From contig CAXWPJ010000009.1 in assembly GCA_963664115.2 (NCBI GenBank), positions 1,088,001 to 1,152,000 of the forward strand: a DNA stretch of 64,000 bases, written 5' to 3'. The translations under genes were made by a program, and so were the position numbers. The notes under the pieces are model-generated. The model made no database searches. It was not told the origin of the DNA and was given only the letters and a program-made list of their open reading frames with translations. This document shows, in pieces, positions 40,104-49,355 of this stretch (its first letter is position 1; each line of letters starts with the position of its first letter). This DNA is from Terriglobia bacterium. Lineage in GTDB: Bacteria; Acidobacteriota; Terriglobia; 20CM-2-55-15.

Positions 40104-41063
40104 ATGACATTGCGCATGCCCATGCTGAGTACGGTCCTGCTGGCGCTGCTGCTGGGAATCGCCGTCAGCGGCGAGTGGTCTGCGATGAAGGCGCAGAGCG
40201 CCTTCTCGCTCACACCGGTCGGCCCCGACCTCTACTTCTACTACACGGGTGGAGCTTCCAACTCCACCGTGCTGATCACCGAGGAAGGGGTACTGATCGT
40301 CGACTCCCAGGGAAATCGGCGCGCCGCCGAAGCGCTGCTGGCGGAGATCCGCAAGAAAACGGCCGACCCTATCAAATGGGTCGTCAACGGGCAAGACCAC
40401 GGCGACCACTATCTCGGCAACGCTGTTTTTAAGCGCGAAGGCGCGGCCATCGTGGCGGAGGCCGAGACGGCTCGCATCATCGCGAGGAATTACGAGTACG
40501 AACTCGAGTGGCGCGGTCTGGATCCGCTCGAGGCCGGAGAACATGTGATCCCCGAGGTCACGTTCGAGGAACGAATGGTCATCCGCTTGGGCGGGCGCGA
40601 GGTCATCCTCCTTCACATCGGTGCGGGGCAGAATCCCGGCGATACGGTCGTGTTGTTTCCCCACGCGCGCGCCGCCTACTCCTCGGGTGCGTTCGCGCCG
40701 AAGTCGTGGTCCAGCACCGCCTACGCCTCGTCCGTGGAGAGCTGGATTGACGTGCTGGAGAAGATCAAAGCGCTAGACGTGGACACCTACCTGCCGGGTC
40801 ACGCCCACAGGGTCACCGACCGGGCCGAGATCGACGAGGAGATTGTGTTGCTGCGCGAGATCCAGGCCGCCGTGGAAGACGCCATTGCGCAGGGTCTGAC
40901 CGCAGAAGAGACCGCCCAGGCGCTGACTTTCGAGCGGTACGCAAACTGGAGGGGTGCCGCGCGGCGCGAACGGAACCTCCGGAACCTCCATTACCTGCTC
41001 TCGACCGGCCGGCCGATCTACTTCGACTACCTGGACGGCCGCACGACCATCAAGCCGTATTAG
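40104..41063 (+). CDS. Secreted MBL-fold hydrolase (cyclase-like)
   Basis: SNS.VL...EGVLIVDS, NGQDHGDHYLGN, PGH; first His and GHT His replaced by Gln. Confidence 0.85.
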   Translation: MTLRMPMLSTVLLALLLGIAVSGEWSAMKAQSAFSLTPVGPDLYFYYTGGASNSTVLITEEGVLIVDSQGNRRAAEALLAEIRKKTADPIKWVVNGQDHGDHYLGNAVFKREGAAIVAEAETARIIARNYEYELEWRGLDPLEAGEHVIPEVTFEERMVIRLGGREVILLHIGAGQNPGDTVVLFPHARAAYSSGAFAPKSWSSTAYASSVESWIDVLEKIKALDVDTYLPGHAHRVTDRAEIDEEIVLLREIQAAVEDAIAQGLTAEETAQALTFERYANWRGAARRERNLRNLHYLLSTGRPIYFDYLDGRTTIKPY

Positions 41064-41145
41064 AGTTTGATCTTGCGTGCGGATAAGCGGTGTAAGCAGG
41101 GGCTGACGACTATGGCAGCGCTGACAGTGTCGTAGTACGATCGGC

Positions 41146-41233
41146 CAGAACTGGTTTGAAGAACTGAAGCTACGGGTGCCGGTTCCTTGATTCTCGGGGT
41201 CAAGTCCTGATAAATCTTCTCGGACGTTGAGAA
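41146..41233 (+). repeat. Kinase 3' stub plus palindrome
   Basis: QNWFEELKLRVPVP* ending 41190; palindrome 41197-41233. Confidence 0.88.
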
Positions 41234-41241
41234 ACCTTTCT

Positions 41242-41688
41242 TCAACCGGTCGGTTTCGGAGTTGCACGTTGACGAGCTTCGCAAAAAGCCTTCAGGCCTG
41301 CGTTCTCTTCTTCAAGGGAGCGTCTCACGGGGGACCTGAGGAGCGGTCCGAGCAGGGTCGCAACAAGACCCAACATTTCGATCCGAAGCACGCTCTGCAC
41401 GCTGCTGCCGGAGGGGTTCACTGCGTGCGTCGCCACTATATGAATACCCCATAGGCGGCCTTCCCACGTAAACATCTTGCCTGGATTGAAGGCAGTGACC
41501 CGCCACCGGATTCGAGGAAGTCCGCGCTGCTTGATCGAGGCTGTACTCCCGTGTCCAAAGGGGCCCTTGTCGAGCTGACTGATCGACTCCACGAAAGGGG
41601 ACCATTCGCCTCATCTTTCAATATCTTCAGTGGCGGTCCAGACGACTTCTGGGGAGGCATCGATGTAAATGACGTTTTCAAGCCTCAT
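41242..41688 (-). pseudogene. SRPBCC/polyketide cyclase family gene with in-frame TGA
   Basis: MRLENVIYIDASPEVVW..TEDIER*GEWSP; TGA at 41611-41613 where Trp is expected; GLKAFCE tail. Confidence 0.8.
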
Positions 41689-41842
41689 TCTTGTGCTGAG
41701 CAGTTTGCCACAGATTTGTCGTGGAGGCCGGAAACGTGAACGAGCTTCTGCGATTGATCTCAGCGTCTCTAAATCCTGCTCGCGACGGACGCTTTCTCGC
41801 GCTGGAATCTACCGAGACAGAGACGACGGCGAAAGGCTCCAC

Positions 41843-42000
41843 TTTATCGCTGTGCTAACCTGGTTTGAAGAACTCAAGGAGCGGGTGCCGGTTCCCTGAT
41901 TTTCCGGGTCAAGTCCTGAGAAATCATCTTGTCGGACGTTGAGAATCGGCAAATTACTGAGGTTTTTCAACGTCCGTATGTCGTTTCTCAGAACTTGAGA
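41843..42000 (+). repeat. Kinase 3' stub plus inverted palindrome doublet
   Basis: FIAVLTWFEELKERVPVP* ending 41899; palindromes 41906-41945 and 41964-42000. Confidence 0.9.
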
Positions 42001-42143
42001 CTTTTCTTGCGCAAAAATTCAGACTTGAGCGAGGCATTCGGGCAGCCTCACTAGCAAAATATTTAAGCAATCAAGAAGACTTTACCGCGGGTGAAATGGC
42101 CCGTGCTCTGTTGGACTTCATACTCAAGGAGACGTAGACGCCA

Positions 42144-42665
42144 ATGTCGAGATTCACAGAACGCATGATTCGCGCTGCGAAGTTAGATGTGAACCTTTAT
42201 GAAGAGGTGGAAGCCGATAAGACGACCATGGGCCAGGCGATGGGCGTGGTGGTGTTGTCTTCTCTTGCCGCCGGCATCGGCAGTATATCCACGGGTGGCA
42301 GAAATTTAATTCTCGTGACCATTGCCGCTTTAGTGGGATGGTATATCTGGGCTTATCTCACTTATTTTATCGGCACCAAATTTCTGCCCGAAACGCAAAC
42401 AAAGGCCGATTACGGAGAACTGTTAAGAACGATCGGATTTTCTAGCTCGCCGGGGCTGATACGGATTTTGGGAATCATTCCAGGGTTCACCAATTTAGTC
42501 TTCTCGGTGGCCGGAATATGGATGCTCATTGCGATGGTCATTGCGGTGCGTCAGGCATTGGACTATACAAGCACCCTGCGAGCGGTGGGTGTGTGCTTGA
42601 TCGGCTGGATCATTCAGAGCATCTTTGTAGGGCTCTTATTGTTGTTTGCGCAGGGTGGCGCTTGA
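42144..42665 (+). CDS. YIP1 family membrane protein
   Basis: YEEVEAD...QA, LLRTIGFS.SPG, AVRQALDY; 5 TM segments. Confidence 0.85.
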   Translation: MSRFTERMIRAAKLDVNLYEEVEADKTTMGQAMGVVVLSSLAAGIGSISTGGRNLILVTIAALVGWYIWAYLTYFIGTKFLPETQTKADYGELLRTIGFSSSPGLIRILGIIPGFTNLVFSVAGIWMLIAMVIAVRQALDYTSTLRAVGVCLIGWIIQSIFVGLLLLFAQGGA

Positions 42666-42812
42666 AAAACCCGCTGATACCTCCGTCTACGCTTCGAGCG
42701 CAACCTCACGATGCCGCCCGCAAGACTCGACGAGGCCAGAATGGATTCGCTACATCCTTTTCTGTACGGCACTTTCATCCCCTACAACATGCCGGTTTAT
42801 CCCGGCGCTTTC

Positions 42813-42843
42813 CCTGATAAATTATCTTCTCGGCGGTTGAGAA
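42813..42843 (+). repeat. Degenerate partial palindrome
   Basis: CCTGATAAATTATCTTCTCGGCGGTTGAGAA. Confidence 0.7.
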
Positions 42844-42905
42844 ATCCACCAGGGGGTTAAGTGGCCCCCCTCAGGAATCTCACCCAAGGAGACGACCTAG
42901 TCGAG

Positions 42906-43067
42906 GTGAAAGCGAAGAAAGAGACGACCCCGGACGTTCGCGTCTGGTGTCAACACTGTCGCGTTCGAATCTCACCCAATGAAGACCAGGTTGCTGCCGG
43001 TAACAAGGTCTACCATAGGCAGTGCTTTCCCAAGCGGCCCTCCGTCAAGAGAGCTAAGAAGAAGTAG
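42906..43067 (+). CDS. Small basic protein with a single LIM-like zinc finger
   Basis: CQHC...YHRQC with a Lys-rich tail; start uncertain. Confidence 0.55.
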   Translation: MKAKKETTPDVRVWCQHCRVRISPNEDQVAAGNKVYHRQCFPKRPSVKRAKKK

Positions 43068-43142
43068 CCGCTATTTCTGAATGAGTGCCCACCGCAAGTG
43101 AGCCACCATCCATCAGGTCACCGAATCTGGAACGAAAAGCGA

Positions 43143-43355
43143 GGTCAAGTCCCGAGAAATCAATCTTCTCGGACGTTGAGAATCGGGCCTAGTTCGTATC
43201 GTTGCTTCCAACCCATTCGTTCTATAGACTTTCTCCCAGTTGTTCCACGTTTCATTAACAGAGAATCTTAGGAATGGAATCCGGCAGCAAACTCGGTTAC
43301 TAGGAGACCCTGTCTGCCCTCGGTAGGGGTGGGATGGGAGAAATGTGGAAGGCCA
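43143..43355 (+). repeat. Palindrome, promoter and kinase 5' stub
   Basis: Palindrome 43143-43182; TTGCTT-N17-TAGACT; MESGSKLGY*ETLSALGRGGMGEMWKA from 43274. Confidence 0.85.
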
Positions 43356-43505
43356 CTGAACTTCGGCAAGTGAGTCATCCTGGAACTGAGAATCGACAGA
43401 GATGAAACGACTCCTTCCACCCTTAAATCCATCGGGATCAACCACCAATGATGCAATAATCTCTCTATGCAGCTGGTCAAGAAATCCAGCAGGGCAAATC
43501 CTGGT

Positions 43506-43567
43506 GACGCAATTACGCTGCAGTCGTGATAAAGCCGACGCAATTACGCTGCAGTCGTGATAAAGCC
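43506..43567 (+). repeat. Perfect 31-bp tandem duplication
   Basis: GACGCAATTACGCTGCAGTCGTGATAAAGCC x2. Confidence 0.95.
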
Positions 43568-43633
43568 GGACCGCTTCACCCTCCGGCGATCCAAGAGGTT
43601 TGTAGTGAAACAATGCTTTCTCGGGAGGAAAAG

Positions 43634-44011
43634 ATGAATCTGAAGTCTCTGAGCCTTGCCGTCGCGACATTTGTCGCTCTAGGCGCGTCGGCGTGGGCGC
43701 ATCATTCACATGCGAATTACAACACCGACGAGTTCACAAACCTGTCCGGCACCGTTACCCAGGTGGCCTGGGGGAACCCGCATGTCTGGCTGTATATGGA
43801 GATCGCCGACGAGCAGGGCCGTCCGCAGGCGTGGACAATGGAGGGCGGCAGCCTCCAGGCGTTGATGCGCGGCGGCTGGCAACGCGACAGCCTGAAGCCA
43901 GGCGACAGGATCAGCGTGCGCTGCAATCGAGTGAGAGATGGGTCCTCAGGGTGCCTGATGGGTTTCGTGACGAACATCAACGGTACGGCCATGGACAAGG
44001 AGTTCGACTGA
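43634..44011 (+). CDS. DUF6152 family secreted protein
   Basis: AHHSHANY, GTVT.VAWGNPHVW, W.MEGG, C...RDG..GC.MGF. Confidence 0.88.
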   Translation: MNLKSLSLAVATFVALGASAWAHHSHANYNTDEFTNLSGTVTQVAWGNPHVWLYMEIADEQGRPQAWTMEGGSLQALMRGGWQRDSLKPGDRISVRCNRVRDGSSGCLMGFVTNINGTAMDKEFD

Positions 44012-44055
44012 GCCTGTCGCTTAGGCATTACACGACAAAATCGGAGGAGGATCAG

Positions 44056-45075
44056 ATGCGTTATCTCGGACTTGTTTCGGCGGCCTTGGTCGTGCTGAGC
44101 ACAAGCGCCTCCTTTGCGCAGGGCTGGCGTGAATATGTCAGCCGTGATGAGTTCTTCATGGTCAGTATGCCGGCGGAGCCGCAAATTACGGAGACCACGT
44201 ACCGTGCGGCGTCAGGCGCGATCCTGCCGGCGAAGACGTTCGTCGCGACCGAAGGCCAGAGTGGTGCTTCCGTCACCGTCGTCCACTACATGAACGCGAG
44301 CGCGGCAGACGTTGAGGGCGCCGTTGAACATGCGGTGGGGGGCTTCCGCAGCCGTTCCGGGGAGATTACCTATGATAGCCCGCAAAGGATGGAGGGCCTT
44401 CCGGGACATATGATCTACCACTTGAATCCGGACCAGAGCCGCACCGCTGCAGGAATATTTTTGCACGCGGGGCCGTCCGAACATGGCGGCCCGGGGCGCC
44501 TATATATCCTCGAGGGCATTGCGGCGGCGGGCGCGCCGTCGCCCATACAGTTCCCGCAATCGTTCTTTTTGCTCGACGACGCAGGCACCCGCCTGGACTA
44601 TGAAACCGATGCGAACGGGCAGAGAGTCCGGGCTTTTCGCGGCCAACCGGTTAGCGTCGGCCCGGCCTACAGCGCGCGAGAGCCGGTGTCCTGTGAGTCG
44701 CGCGCCGAGCCCACCCAAGGCCGGCCGACCCCCGCGCAGGTGGTGGGTCACCTCAAGTGCGCGGCCGAAGGCGTCGCCGACGGCAGTCTGTATCTCCTTG
44801 AAGACGTCGAAGTGAGCGAGATCGGCGAAGGCGAGTCTGTTGACGCGAGTTACTTCCCTGACATCGACGTCGCCCACCCGGTGTTTCCGATTCGGGGGAA
44901 TCTGGTGCGCTACGAGTGCCGACGCGAGAATGGCTCCAATGACGGAGCCAACTGCGTTTCCCATGTTGAGGCGAACGCATCCGGCCGTTGCTACAAGGCC
45001 ACCTCAGGCGACTGGAACTGCAGCATGTCGGACCTTGTGCAACGGACGACAGCGGGCGTAGCGGCGCCGGAGTAG
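44056..45075 (+). CDS. Secreted protein, partner family B with extra Cys-rich C-terminal domain
   Basis: GGAGGAGG RBS; AQGWREYVSR..F.V.MPAEP, RLYILE; six Cys in the C-terminal ~125 aa. Confidence 0.8.
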   Translation: MRYLGLVSAALVVLSTSASFAQGWREYVSRDEFFMVSMPAEPQITETTYRAASGAILPAKTFVATEGQSGASVTVVHYMNASAADVEGAVEHAVGGFRSRSGEITYDSPQRMEGLPGHMIYHLNPDQSRTAAGIFLHAGPSEHGGPGRLYILEGIAAAGAPSPIQFPQSFFLLDDAGTRLDYETDANGQRVRAFRGQPVSVGPAYSAREPVSCESRAEPTQGRPTPAQVVGHLKCAAEGVADGSLYLLEDVEVSEIGEGESVDASYFPDIDVAHPVFPIRGNLVRYECRRENGSNDGANCVSHVEANASGRCYKATSGDWNCSMSDLVQRTTAGVAAPE

Positions 45076-45122
45076 GAAGGACGAATTTGCACACGTGGCA
45101 CCGCGGAGACGGCGGTGCTTTC

Positions 45123-45149
45123 ATAAATCATCTTGTCGGAAGATGAGCA
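45123..45149 (+). repeat. Right half of palindrome
   Basis: ATAAATCATCTTGTCGGAAGATGAGCA; same left breakpoint as 34473. Confidence 0.65.
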
Positions 45150-45225
45150 TTGATCCCACCACTTTCCGATGAACGGACAGCACGGCCAAGTGGAATTCGA
45201 AATTGTCGATTTTCGACAGCATGCG

Positions 45226-45687
45226 CTAGTGCGGTAGCCGCCCTCGGAGAGCGCCGTACACCCAGGTGCCGGCCACGGCGCTTAGCAGCGCGACCGCCAT
45301 CACCGGAATGCCGTTGCCGATGAGGGCAAACAAGGGACCGGGGCACGCTCCGGCCAGCGCCCAACCCAGTCCGAATATCGTCCCCCCGATCCAGTAGCGA
45401 TGCTTTTCGTTCATCGCTTTGGGCGGGATGTCGATGTCATAGCCTCGCACGGTCTTGACGTTGAACGTTTTGATCAGAGCGACAGCCACCGCTGCCACCA
45501 CGACCGCTGTGCCGATGATGCCGTACATGTGAAAGGCCTGAAAGCGGAACATCTCTTGAATGCGGAACCAGGAAATCGCCTCGCTTTTCGTCAGGACGAT
45601 GCCGAAGAGGATACCCAGCAGCAGGTACCCACCCAAGCCTTCGGCCTTCGGCGTCGTTGTCCCTTGTTCTGGAATCGTATGACTCAT
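45226..45687 (-). CDS. YeeE/YedE family sulfur-compound transporter subunit
   Basis: SWFRIQEMFRF, FGLGWALAGACPGP. Confidence 0.88.
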   Translation of the reverse strand: MSHTIPEQGTTTPKAEGLGGYLLLGILFGIVLTKSEAISWFRIQEMFRFQAFHMYGIIGTAVVVAAVAVALIKTFNVKTVRGYDIDIPPKAMNEKHRYWIGGTIFGLGWALAGACPGPLFALIGNGIPVMAVALLSAVAGTWVYGALRGRLPH

Positions 45688-45831
45688 GGCTCTCTGTGAA
45701 AGTGGAACGACATAACGGCTGTAGTCGCGTCCACCGAGAGGCGCGTCGTGAATTCGTAGTTCAGCATCTTGCTTCCTCAGTCACACTGCTTCGTCGTAGC
45801 AAGGCGATGAGCATCGAAAAAATTCCTCAGG

Positions 45832-46392
45832 TCAAAAGATAAGTGGAAGCAGAAAGTGGGTGGTCATTAACCCTCCGGCGAAGAAGCCGAGCACAGCGAT
45901 CAGCGAGGGTAGTTGCAAATCCGCCAGTCCCATGATCGCGTGCCCGGAAGTGCAGCCACCCGCATACCGTGCTCCGAAGCCCACCAGGAACCCTCCCACG
46001 ACGATGAGCGACAGACCCTTGAAGGTCAGCAGGCCAGACCAGCTAAAGATTTCGCCCGGCACGAGGCCTGAAAAGTCCTGAACACCGAGAGCCACCAGGT
46101 CGGCGTGGGTGGCCTCGGAGATCAGGACCGGGTCGGGGTGTTGCAGCACTGTCCCGGCAATCAATCCGCCAACAACGACGCCTCCGATAAAGGTCAGATT
46201 CCACAACCCACTTTTCTTCCAATCATATTTGAATAACTCGAGATCGCAGGGAATGATGGCGGCGCAAATGTGGCGCAAGTTAGCTGAGACCCCAAATTGC
46301 TTGCCACCCAAGAGCAGCAAGGCTGGCACTAGCAGTCCGATCAGCGGCCCGGCGACGTACCACGGCCACGGCTGCGAAAAAAATTCAATCAT
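45832..46392 (-). CDS. YeeE/YedE family sulfur-compound transporter subunit
   Basis: PWPWYVAGPLIG, GFGARYAGGCTSGHAI.GL. Confidence 0.9.
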   Translation of the reverse strand: MIEFFSQPWPWYVAGPLIGLLVPALLLLGGKQFGVSANLRHICAAIIPCDLELFKYDWKKSGLWNLTFIGGVVVGGLIAGTVLQHPDPVLISEATHADLVALGVQDFSGLVPGEIFSWSGLLTFKGLSLIVVGGFLVGFGARYAGGCTSGHAIMGLADLQLPSLIAVLGFFAGGLMTTHFLLPLIF

Positions 46393-46706
46393 GGTCGCTC
46401 CGGCCCGGCGACGCTCCCTCCGAGCTTGGGAGCGGCGCAGTCCGCAACTCGCCCGCCCCACCCCTGCCGATGGCTGAAACGACTTCGTAGTGTGCGAGCA
46501 ACGTAAGAAGACTCACTGTTTCAATAGCTTGTCCGAATTGAGTGGTAATCGGCCAGCGACTCGGACAGGGACTCCGACAGCGTTGCCGCTATCGGCAATC
46601 ATGGAAACTCTGAAAACCTCAGGCTCTGGAGATTTGGTCGAAACCGAAAGGCCGCGAATCGGCGAATCCTGTTCGATCTCCGCTCCGCGGCCGCCGAGCC
46701 TGCCCG

Positions 46707-47621
46707 CTACTTTTTCACGATTTTTTTGACCCGTCCTCCCAGCGCGCCCGTGTCGGCCAGATACAGATCACCCGTTTCCCTGTCCAGGGTGATGTTGTGC
46801 GGTCGGGCTTCGATACCCTCGATCCTGTCGACGACCTCGCCGTCCCGCACGGCAACGATCTGCTCGCCGTCCGAGTCTCCGATGTAAACGGTGTTGTTTC
46901 GGTCCACCGCCAGACCGGAGCCTCTCTGCATCCCCAGATCCCGCCACTCGTCCAGCAATTTACCCTCCTGACTGAAGAGCTGTATACGCGGGTTTTCAAG
47001 GTGACCGTCCAGGACCACCAGACGGCCTCTGGAGTCAACCTGGACGCCGTGCACTCCATCCAGTTGCCCCGTACCCGTGCCCGCGAGGCCACCGATGATG
47101 TTGATGAACGTCCCGTCTTTTGAAAAATGGACGATGCGGTGATTGACGTATCCGTCCGCAACGAAGATGTCCCCGTTCGGGGCAACAGTGACGTGGGCCG
47201 CTCGATTAAACGAAGTTCTGGAACTGTCGTCTCCGCTGACACCCTTCGTTCCCAGCGTCATAAGCCGCTCTCCGTCCCGGGTGTACTTGTAAATCACGTG
47301 GTTGCTTCGGTCTCCAATCCAGAGGAAACCCTGACGGTCGACATAGATGTTATGCGAATCGTCGAACAGCCCGTCACCCCAGGAATTCTGAAGTTCGCCT
47401 TCTCGATCGAAGATGAGCACCTGCGGGGTGGATCGCTTCAGTACAAAGATCGAATCTGTGCTATCGGCGGCAACCGACCGCGTATCGGATCTCTCTCCCC
47501 CCGGCGTGTTGACATGGGGAGAACCAAACGTCGTGACCTCATAGTCGGGGTTCGTAGTCTGGGCCCAGGCCATCGAACCCAAGGCCAAAACGGCCAACGT
47601 CATACATATGAATCTTTTCAT
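46707..47621 (-). CDS. Secreted NHL-repeat PAL-like protein
   Basis: H.IYVD..G.LWI.D, FVADGY.NHRIVHFS, VHG. Confidence 0.82.
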   Translation of the reverse strand: MKRFICMTLAVLALGSMAWAQTTNPDYEVTTFGSPHVNTPGGERSDTRSVAADSTDSIFVLKRSTPQVLIFDREGELQNSWGDGLFDDSHNIYVDRQGFLWIGDRSNHVIYKYTRDGERLMTLGTKGVSGDDSSRTSFNRAAHVTVAPNGDIFVADGYVNHRIVHFSKDGTFINIIGGLAGTGTGQLDGVHGVQVDSRGRLVVLDGHLENPRIQLFSQEGKLLDEWRDLGMQRGSGLAVDRNNTVYIGDSDGEQIVAVRDGEVVDRIEGIEARPHNITLDRETGDLYLADTGALGGRVKKIVKK

Positions 47622-48016
47622 GGGAACCTCCTGCAGCTGCTTAATCGATGAGGGTCGTTCGGATCGTATTCTGTCCCGCCGGGTTCCCCTTGTCAATAAA
47701 CCCGGTACCACGATCAGATAGAAGCGCGAAGACAGGAGGCTGGTTCCATAACGGACGTGTTTCTTTTCGGGAAGGGGGCAGAGGGTGTCGTCAACTTAAG
47801 GTCCGATTGACGAGTGGGCGATTGGCGTGTGAAGGTGAGTTTCGACAGTCCGGGCGAATCCGCGGAGATCAAATTTTCAACAGCGGCGCACGATCGTTCA
47901 GTTCGGTTCAGAATCTTTGAAAACTTCGGCCACCAGTCAGCTTTGAAACCTTCTCAGGTGAGCCGGTTGCAATTCTCTCCGCTCTCTCATCACGAACAAC
48001 GCATTCATGAATCGCG

Positions 48017-49300
48017 TCAGACGGTGGCGGGTTCCATACCTTTCTTGGCCCTGAGTGCTTCTGCGGCGGCCTCTTCGAAGTTCTGATCGCCCGACAGCAG
48101 CAGTGCAGCCGAGCGGACGTGTTGGTCTTCAGGCTTACGGCCGGGCGGCATCTCCCCTTCCTTCATCGCTTCGAGGGCTCTGAATATCATGCGACGCGCC
48201 ATGATGATGCCCTTGTCGCTCGACACCAGGTGTTCATCGGTCCGGTCGACGATTGCGCCCATGCTTTCCTGTAGCGAGGCATCCTGCATCCCGATACCTT
48301 CGACGCCGCTGGCGATCGCGCCGGATTTCTGCTTCTCGCGATCGATCAGATAGTCGTTTTCCTTGGTCGCAACCGGCAGATAGGTTCCGGGCTTGCACTT
48401 GACGTGGATCCCCCGGCCCTCCTTCATCGCCTCACGTTCTTCCGGTTTGATCTTGCGGGTCGGATGATAGTCATAGCTCCATGCCCAGCAGTGCGTATCA
48501 TCGATCGGGACCCAGAAGTGTCCGTGCAGGGTGTAATCACCGCGCGGGGGGATCATCGTGAACGATGGCACGACGTACTGTGTGATGCGCCAGTAATAGT
48601 TGCCTTCCTCTGCCTTGCGCCGCGCGCCGACATAGAGGCCGCCCGGGCTCTCGATCACGTCGAAAACCGGCGCTTTGTCCTTGAGGTTGTACTCGCCGCC
48701 CTTAGTATTTTTGAACAAGGGGTCGTGGTGCAAGGCATCGCCGTGGAGCCAGGAAACGTGAGAACTATCGATGCCGCCTTCCATGGCCTGCAGCCAGTTG
48801 GTCCCTTGCAGGCGCTTGCTCGCAAAGGTCTGTTCGGGCTCGACCATGATGAATTCCCACTCCGGATACGGCGGCTGCTGGTCCGGCGGGCCCATATAGG
48901 TCCACAGAATACCCCCGCGCTCGATCAGCGGGTATGACTTGAGTTTGATGCGATCAGCAAATCCCGTATCCTTCGGTTCCGACGGAATCTCGACACACTG
49001 GCCGGTGTGATCGTACTTCCAGCCATGGTAGGGACACCGGAGACCACAGTGCTCATTGCGGCCGAACCAAAGCGATACTCCACGATGGGCGCAGAACTCG
49101 TTGAGGAGGCCATAATTGCCTTCACTGTCGCGGAACGCGATAAGGTGTTCGGAGAGAATCTGCACGCGGACGGGGGGACAATCATTCTCGGGCAGTTCTT
49201 CGCCCAGCAGCGCAGGGAGCCAGTAGCTTCGGAACATGTCACCCATCGGGGTTCCAGGTTCCGTCTGCGTCAACAAGGCGTTTTGCTCTTTCGTCAACAT
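48017..49300 (-). CDS. Rieske non-heme iron oxygenase alpha subunit (LigXa/phthalate 4,5-dioxygenase-like)
   Basis: CAHRG...CPYHGW; EGGIDSSHVSWLH; QD.SLQESMG.I.DRT.EHL..SD. Confidence 0.92.
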   Translation of the reverse strand: MLTKEQNALLTQTEPGTPMGDMFRSYWLPALLGEELPENDCPPVRVQILSEHLIAFRDSEGNYGLLNEFCAHRGVSLWFGRNEHCGLRCPYHGWKYDHTGQCVEIPSEPKDTGFADRIKLKSYPLIERGGILWTYMGPPDQQPPYPEWEFIMVEPEQTFASKRLQGTNWLQAMEGGIDSSHVSWLHGDALHHDPLFKNTKGGEYNLKDKAPVFDVIESPGGLYVGARRKAEEGNYYWRITQYVVPSFTMIPPRGDYTLHGHFWVPIDDTHCWAWSYDYHPTRKIKPEEREAMKEGRGIHVKCKPGTYLPVATKENDYLIDREKQKSGAIASGVEGIGMQDASLQESMGAIVDRTDEHLVSSDKGIIMARRMIFRALEAMKEGEMPPGRKPEDQHVRSAALLLSGDQNFEEAAAEALRAKKGMEPATV

Positions 49301-49355
49301 TAACTCTGCTCCCTACCCGCTATTGGGGAAATCGACTTGTGACACTTCCCAGGTT

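Noticed and set aside
41611-41613. TGA recoding (Trp or Sec)
   Set aside because: TGA is a normal stop and TGG encodes Trp throughout the window; a nonsense mutation is simpler
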